DNA of 64,000 nt, from positions 758 to 64,757 of the forward strand of contig CALBUB010000015.1 in the NCBI GenBank assembly GCA_937967955.1, written 5' to 3'. Shown here one piece after another: positions 58,905 to 64,000 of the stretch (the stretch's first letter is position 1; every line of letters begins with the position of its first letter). The stretch comes from an uncultured Bacillota bacterium (GTDB lineage Bacteria; Bacillota; Clostridia; Tissierellales; Tepidimicrobiaceae). A program made the translations under genes and the position numbers. Under the pieces are notes generated by a model. It did not search any database. It saw only the letters and a program-made list of their open reading frames with translations, and was not told where the DNA came from.

Positions 58905-59345
58905 ATGGGCTTGTTTGATTCTATTAACATAAGTGCTTCAGCATTAACGGCAGAGAAAACGAGGATAGATATAATAAGTAAAAATATAGCCAATGCTAAT
59001 ACAACAAGGACTACTGGAGGCCTACCATATAGAAGGCAAATGGTTGTTTTTGAAGAAAATAAAAAAGCAAGTTTTGCTTCTTACTTAGAAAAGTTTACTA
59101 ACAAATTTAATGGACAAGGAGTGAAAGTAAGCAGAGTTGTAGAAGATGAAAGCCCTTTCAAATTAAAATATGAACCAGGACATCCAGATGCTGACGAAAA
59201 TGGATATGTACAGCTACCTAATGTTGATGTAGTAAGAGAAATGGTGGATTTGATTGATGCTCAAAGGGCATATGAAGCAAATATTACAGCCATTAATACT
59301 ACTAAGAATATGATGATGAATGCTTTAGAAATAGGTAGGAGGTAA
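58905..59345 (+). CDS. flgC: Flagellar basal-body rod protein FlgC
   Basis: SKNIANANTTRT and VQLPNVD..AQRAYEAN motifs. Confidence 0.95.
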   Translation: MGLFDSINISASALTAEKTRIDIISKNIANANTTRTTGGLPYRRQMVVFEENKKASFASYLEKFTNKFNGQGVKVSRVVEDESPFKLKYEPGHPDADENGYVQLPNVDVVREMVDLIDAQRAYEANITAINTTKNMMMNALEIGRR

Positions 59346-59349
59346 TTAG

Positions 59350-59649
59350 ATGATTATAAGAACTATTAACATAGAGAATCCTTTTGTTCAGGAACAGAGT
59401 AATGACAAAACTATAACAAAAGATAAAGATAAGCAGTTTAGCAATATATTTAAAGAGGCTCTAAACAGAGTCAATAAATTACAAATTGAAAGTGATGAAT
59501 ATAAGAAAAGGTTAGCCACTGGAGATGTGGATAGTCTACACGATGTTACTATTGCAACAGAAAAGGCTGGCATTGCACTACAGCTAACTTTAGCTATAAG
59601 GAACAAGGTAGTAGAAGCCTATCAAGAAATAATGAGAATGCAAGTTTAG
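59350..59649 (+). CDS. fliE: Flagellar hook-basal body complex protein FliE
   Basis: 99 aa. C-terminal ..IATEKAGIALQLTLAIRNKVVEAYQEIMRMQV. Position flgB-flgC-fliE. Confidence 0.88.
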   Translation: MIIRTINIENPFVQEQSNDKTITKDKDKQFSNIFKEALNRVNKLQIESDEYKKRLATGDVDSLHDVTIATEKAGIALQLTLAIRNKVVEAYQEIMRMQV

Positions 59650-59678
59650 TCGATAGTTGTAAGAAATGAGGTGTAGTA

Positions 59679-61220
59679 ATGGGGGACACAATACAGCAAC
59701 TTAAGAATCAATTAAATGAATATTGGCAAAGCCTTGATAAAGATAAAAAGAAAAAAATATTAATCATAGGAATTATTACATTATTAACAATACTAATTTT
59801 GACTTTTATATTTACAAGAACTGATTATGATACATTATATAGCAATTTGTCCTTAGAGGATGCAGGAGAGATAACTAGAAAGCTGGATGAAATGGGTATT
59901 AAATGGAAGACACCAAAGAATAACCCTACTACAATACTAGTTCCTTCTGATATGAAAGATAAGCTAAAAATTCAATTGGCTTCAGAAGGCTTACCTAAAA
60001 AAGGCTATAGCTTTCTAGATGCATTTAATGAGAGTAGTTGGAGTATGACTGATTATGATAAAAGGGAAAGAATGAAATTTGCTTTACAAAATGAATTAGC
60101 TTCAACTATTTCTCAAATCGATGGAGTTAAAAGTGCAACTGTATACATAAATTTTGAAGATGATTCGGGCTTTGTTTTACAGGATAAGCAAAATGAAACA
60201 ACAGCAGCTGTATTTATAGAAAAGAGTTCTAGTAGAGCCCTGGATTCTGAGGCAATTGCAGCTATTCAGCATCTTGTAGCCTCATCAATTAATATGGAGC
60301 CTGATAAGGTTGAAATAATTGATGATGATGGAAACCATTTAACAGGATATCTAGACGAATCAGATTTATTGCTTACAGACCAATTTATAATTAAAAGCAA
60401 TCTAGAAAATAAGATTAATAATAGTTTAAAGAGATTTTTAGAAAATATTTTTGGGCAAGGGAATGTGGATGTTAGGTCTAGTGTATCAATAAACTTTGAC
60501 AGTGAAAAGACTACTTCTGTAGAGTTTTCTCCTCCTATAGAAGGCAGTGAGGAAGGCTTGATAAGGAGTATAGAAGAAGTTGAAGAACATATAACAGGAG
60601 GGGCCGCCCAAGGCATACCAGGAGAGGCTGAAAATATTCCAGATGATGTGATGGCTGAAGATAATCAAGAAACATACAATAGAAGTAGCAACATTATCAA
60701 TTATGAATTAAATCAGATAAACCAAGAAATATCAAGGGCTCCAGGGCAAGTTGAAGATATAACTGTAGCAATCCTTATTAACAGTAATGTTCTAGTAGAT
60801 GGAGTATTAACGCCAGCTACTGAGAGAGATATAGAGAACTTAGTTTATGCTGCTACCGGTTTAAACACTAGGCAAGTAGAAGTAATGGCGGCAAACTTTG
60901 ATTCTATAAGCAGCGAAATTGTTTCACCAGAATCTATAATAGATAGGCTAAGGGATGTTAGTTGGCCAGTATGGTTGGCTGCAATAGCTGGTCTATTATT
61001 AGGTGGAGGCTTTATTGCTTATAGAAGAAGGAAGAGAAGAAAATTAGATTATGTGGAAGAAATGCCATATATAGCAGACGAAGAAGAAACTATTCGTTCT
61101 GAAGTAGAGGATTTAGAGTTTGAACCTAGTGAGTCAGAGATAAAAGAAAAAATTGATAGATTTGTAGACAAAAATCCAGAAGCTGTTGCTCAATTGTTAA
61201 GAACATGGCTAAATGAATAG
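59679..61220 (+). CDS. fliF: Flagellar MS-ring protein FliF
   Basis: 513 aa. N-terminal and C-proximal transmembrane spans flank the YscJ/FliF periplasmic domain. Acidic C-terminus for FliG binding. Confidence 0.93.
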   Translation: MGDTIQQLKNQLNEYWQSLDKDKKKKILIIGIITLLTILILTFIFTRTDYDTLYSNLSLEDAGEITRKLDEMGIKWKTPKNNPTTILVPSDMKDKLKIQLASEGLPKKGYSFLDAFNESSWSMTDYDKRERMKFALQNELASTISQIDGVKSATVYINFEDDSGFVLQDKQNETTAAVFIEKSSSRALDSEAIAAIQHLVASSINMEPDKVEIIDDDGNHLTGYLDESDLLLTDQFIIKSNLENKINNSLKRFLENIFGQGNVDVRSSVSINFDSEKTTSVEFSPPIEGSEEGLIRSIEEVEEHITGGAAQGIPGEAENIPDDVMAEDNQETYNRSSNIINYELNQINQEISRAPGQVEDITVAILINSNVLVDGVLTPATERDIENLVYAATGLNTRQVEVMAANFDSISSEIVSPESIIDRLRDVSWPVWLAAIAGLLLGGGFIAYRRRKRRKLDYVEEMPYIADEEETIRSEVEDLEFEPSESEIKEKIDRFVDKNPEAVAQLLRTWLNE

Positions 61221-61232
61221 GAGCGGATAAAT

Positions 61233-62234
61233 ATGACAAGACGATTAAGTGGCAAAGAAAAAGCTGCAATATTTTTAATTGCCTTGGGACCTGAAAAGTC
61301 AGCAAAGGTATTTAAGCATCTTAATGAAGAAGAAATTGAGGAATTGACTCTACAAATAGCCAATATGAGGATGGTATCTTCTGAAGAAAAGGACAAGATA
61401 ATGGAAGACTTTTATCAATTAGCCCTTGCTCAAGAGTACATTACAGAAGGTGGAATAAATTATGCAAAAGAGGTCCTTGAAAGAGCTTTAGGTGAAGAAA
61501 AGGCAGTAGATATAATAAACAGACTAACTTCATCTTTACATGTTAGACCTTTTGAATTTGTTAGAAGGGCGGATCCAAACCAATTGCTAAATTATATTCA
61601 GGATGAACATCCACAAACTATAGCACTGATTTTGTCCTATTTAAATCCAAATCAAGCAGCTCAAATACTTTCAAATTTAGCTCCTGACAAGCAAGCAGAA
61701 GTTACTCGACGAATTGCTTTAATGGATAGGACTTCTCCAGATATTATTAAGGAAGTTGAAAGGACATTGGAAACCAAATTCTCTGGTTTGTTAAACCAAG
61801 ATTTCACAAGTACAGGTGGGGTTCAAAGTGTAGTTGATATCTTAAATTCTGTTGATAGGGGAACAGAAAAGAATATTATGGATCAGCTGGATAGAACTAA
61901 TCCAGAGCTTAGTGAAGAGATTAGAAAGAGGATGTTTGTATTTGAAGACATTGTTTCTCTTGATAATAGAAGTATTCAAAGGGTTATCAGAGAAATTGAT
62001 AATTCTCAGTGGGCTATTGCACTAAAGGGTGCTAGTGAAGAAGTAAAAGAAGTTATATTTGCTAATATGAGTAAGAGACTTGTAGAGATGATTAAAGAGG
62101 ATATTGAATTCATGGGTCCAGTTAGAGTAAGGGATATAGAAGAAGCTCAGCAAAACATTGTAAATGTTATTAGAAGATTAGAAGAGGATGGAGAAATTAT
62201 CACTCCTAGAGGAGGAGCTGAGGTAATTGTCTAA
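61233..62234 (+). CDS. fliG: Flagellar motor switch protein FliG
   Basis: GKEKAAIFLIALG N-terminus, MFVFEDI motif, and a C-terminal torque helix region. Confidence 0.95.
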   Translation: MTRRLSGKEKAAIFLIALGPEKSAKVFKHLNEEEIEELTLQIANMRMVSSEEKDKIMEDFYQLALAQEYITEGGINYAKEVLERALGEEKAVDIINRLTSSLHVRPFEFVRRADPNQLLNYIQDEHPQTIALILSYLNPNQAAQILSNLAPDKQAEVTRRIALMDRTSPDIIKEVERTLETKFSGLLNQDFTSTGGVQSVVDILNSVDRGTEKNIMDQLDRTNPELSEEIRKRMFVFEDIVSLDNRSIQRVIREIDNSQWAIALKGASEEVKEVIFANMSKRLVEMIKEDIEFMGPVRVRDIEEAQQNIVNVIRRLEEDGEIITPRGGAEVIV

Positions 62235-62991
62235 TATTATTAAAGCCTTTAAAGTTATTGAAGGCAGTAACGTATCGGAAGAAAACTTAGAATTAAAGTC
62301 TGAGGCTATTAATAATGCTCTTTTGAAAGAAGCGCAGAAAAAGTATGAAGAGATTATAACTAAAGCTAAGAAAGAAGCGGAAAAGATAATTGCTTCTGCC
62401 CAGGAAGAATACGAAAAACATTTAAATATTGTTTATGAAAAAGCCAAGTCTATATTGGAAGAACATAAGCAAATAGGCTATGAGGCTGGATATAAAGAGG
62501 GAAAAGAAGAAGGTTTTAAAGAAGGATACGAAGCTGGCTATAAAGAAGGAAAGGAAGAGGCAGATAAATTAATTAATGAGGCTTTAAGCATAAAAGATGA
62601 ATATATAAATATGAGGAAGCAACTACTGAAGGAGACGGAAAAGGACATAATAGATATGGTAATTACAATATATGAGAAAGTATTGTATAAAAAAGTTGAT
62701 GAAGATAAAGAATTAATAGTTTCATTAGTACAAAATGGAATTAAGGATTTAGAGGTTAAAGGCAAGTTAACTATTATAGTTTCTAAATACGATTATGAAG
62801 TGGTTAAAGAAAATAAAAAGCAGATATTGTCAAAAGCTACTCTTATAGATGATGTTGATATAAGGGTCGATAATGATATGAGCAAAGGAGATTGTATATT
62901 GGAAACATCTAAAGGGGATATTGATATTAGCATAGAGAATCAACTAAAAGAAATCAAGGAGTTCATTATTTCAATTTTAAATAATGAGTGA
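62227..62991 (+). CDS. fliH: Flagellar export apparatus protein FliH
   Basis: Lys/Glu coiled region, Gly-repeat segment (GYEAGYKEGKEEG..), and a conserved C-terminal domain. TTG start overlaps the fliG end by 8 nt. Lies between fliG and fliI. Confidence 0.85.
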   Translation: MSNIIKAFKVIEGSNVSEENLELKSEAINNALLKEAQKKYEEIITKAKKEAEKIIASAQEEYEKHLNIVYEKAKSILEEHKQIGYEAGYKEGKEEGFKEGYEAGYKEGKEEADKLINEALSIKDEYINMRKQLLKETEKDIIDMVITIYEKVLYKKVDEDKELIVSLVQNGIKDLEVKGKLTIIVSKYDYEVVKENKKQILSKATLIDDVDIRVDNDMSKGDCILETSKGDIDISIENQLKEIKEFIISILNNE

Positions 62992-62997
62992 TGTAAT

Positions 62998-64000
62998 ATG
63001 GTAGAAAGAATAAATTTACAAAAATATATAGATAGCATAAGAGGGAAGAGATTCATTAAATTTATTGGCAATATTACAAAAGTAACTGGTTTAACTATAG
63101 AATCTAATGGACCTATGGCATCTATTGGGGAATTATGCTATATATATCCCTATAATAAAGCCCAGCCAGTATTAGCAGAAGTAGTTGGCTTTAGAGATGA
63201 TAATATACTTTTAATGCCTTTAGGAGATATGGAAGGTATAGCATCAGGTAGTAAGGTAATAGCCAGCGGAAAAACTTTAAAGGTTAATGTAGGAGAAGAA
63301 TTAAAAGGGAGAATTTTAGATGGTTTAGGTAACCCTATAGATGGCAAAGGTCCTATTCCTAGTAATAAAGCTTATAATGTATCTAATAGTCCTCCCAATC
63401 CATTGGAAAGAAAGGTTATTAAGGAACCTTTAACTTTAGGCGTTAAAGCCATTGATGGTTTACTCACCTTTGGTAAAGGACAGAGGATGGGTATATTTGC
63501 AGGAAGTGGAGTAGGTAAGAGTACTCTTATGGGGATGATTGCCCGAAATAGTTCTGCTGATATAAATGTAATAGGTTTAATAGGAGAAAGAGGTAGAGAG
63601 GTTAGAGAATTTATAGAAAAGGATTTAAGAGAAGAAGGATTAAAAAAGTCTGTTGTAGTTGTGGCAACTTCCGATCAACCTGCATTAATAAGAGTTAAGG
63701 GTGCATTGGTAGCAACTGCAATAGCTGAATATTTTAGAGATTTAGGAAAAAATGTAATGCTACTTATGGATTCTGTTACTAGATTTGCCATGGCTCAGAG
63801 AGAAATTGGACTAGCTATTGGAGAACCGCCAGTTACAAGAGGCTTTACTCCATCTGTTTTTAGTGTACTACCTAAATTACTAGAAAGGGCTGGAACTTCG
63901 TCTAAAGGAACTATTACTGGCTTATATACTGTATTAGTAGATGGGGACGACTTAAATGAGCCAATTACAGACACTGTTAGAGGGATACTAGATGGTCATA
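62998..64000 (+). CDS. fliI: Flagellum-specific ATPase FliI (3' end beyond the window)
   Basis: Open frame from ATG 62998 to the window edge. Walker A GSGVGKST; F1/T3SS ATPase-like sequence. Absent from the ORF track because no stop lies in the window. Confidence 0.93.
   Translation, partial: MVERINLQKYIDSIRGKRFIKFIGNITKVTGLTIESNGPMASIGELCYIYPYNKAQPVLAEVVGFRDDNILLMPLGDMEGIASGSKVIASGKTLKVNVGEELKGRILDGLGNPIDGKGPIPSNKAYNVSNSPPNPLERKVIKEPLTLGVKAIDGLLTFGKGQRMGIFAGSGVGKSTLMGMIARNSSADINVIGLIGERGREVREFIEKDLREEGLKKSVVVVATSDQPALIRVKGALVATAIAEYFRDLGKNVMLLMDSVTRFAMAQREIGLAIGEPPVTRGFTPSVFSVLPKLLERAGTSSKGTITGLYTVLVDGDDLNEPITDTVRGILDGH

Noticed and set aside
62476-62559. Tandemly repeated peptide GYEAGYKEGKEE(G/A) in FliH.
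   Set aside because: Glycine-spaced repeats in this region are a known family feature of FliH/YscL proteins. This is not a novel repeat element.

Overview
AT-rich, almost gap-free chromosomal core segment from a low-GC Firmicute. Gene order and content point to a flagellated, endospore-forming member of the Clostridia, but no species can be assigned from sequence alone. About 80 CDS, nearly all on the + strand, follow the conserved Bacillus/Clostridium housekeeping synteny, in this order. (1) ylmE-sepF-ylmG-ylmH-divIVA, then ylyA-lspA-rluD-pyrR, then rqcH on the minus strand. (2) yicC-remA-gmk-rpoZ-coaBC-priA-def-fmt-rsmB-rlmN-prpC-prkC-rsgA-rpe. (3) A TPP riboswitch with thiT-thiN, then rpmB (minus), asp23-yloV-recG-rsmD-coaD, and ylbJ/tmcAL (minus). 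(4) ackA, ylbN-rpmF, plsX-acpP-rnc, a radical-SAM gene, smc-ftsY, ylxM-ffh-rpsP-ylqC-rimM-trmD-rplS, and rbgA-rnhB. (5) A FliK-like/FlhB-C-like pair, then yraN-comM-dprA-topA, hslVU-codY, and the start of the main flagellar operon (flgB-flgC-fliE-fliF-fliG-fliH-fliI, cut at the window end). Many start codons in the supplied ORF track were moved downstream to the site with a Shine-Dalgarno (SD) sequence and a family-typical N-terminus. Three ORFs below the track size cut-off were added: rpmF and two small membrane-type ORFs. I found no rRNA, tRNA, CRISPR array, transposase, integrase, phage, toxin-antitoxin or defence-island signature, so I cannot support a claim that a novel system is present. 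The least understood element is the orphan FliK-like/FlhB-C-like pair at 48.6-50.3 kb. Lesser oddities are a YggS/YlmE gene with no canonical start codon, a perfect 15-bp palindrome nested between two identical promoter-like motifs ahead of ylxM-ffh, two unannotated small ORFs, an orphan radical-SAM gene, and a CodY-box-like site ahead of hslVU-codY.
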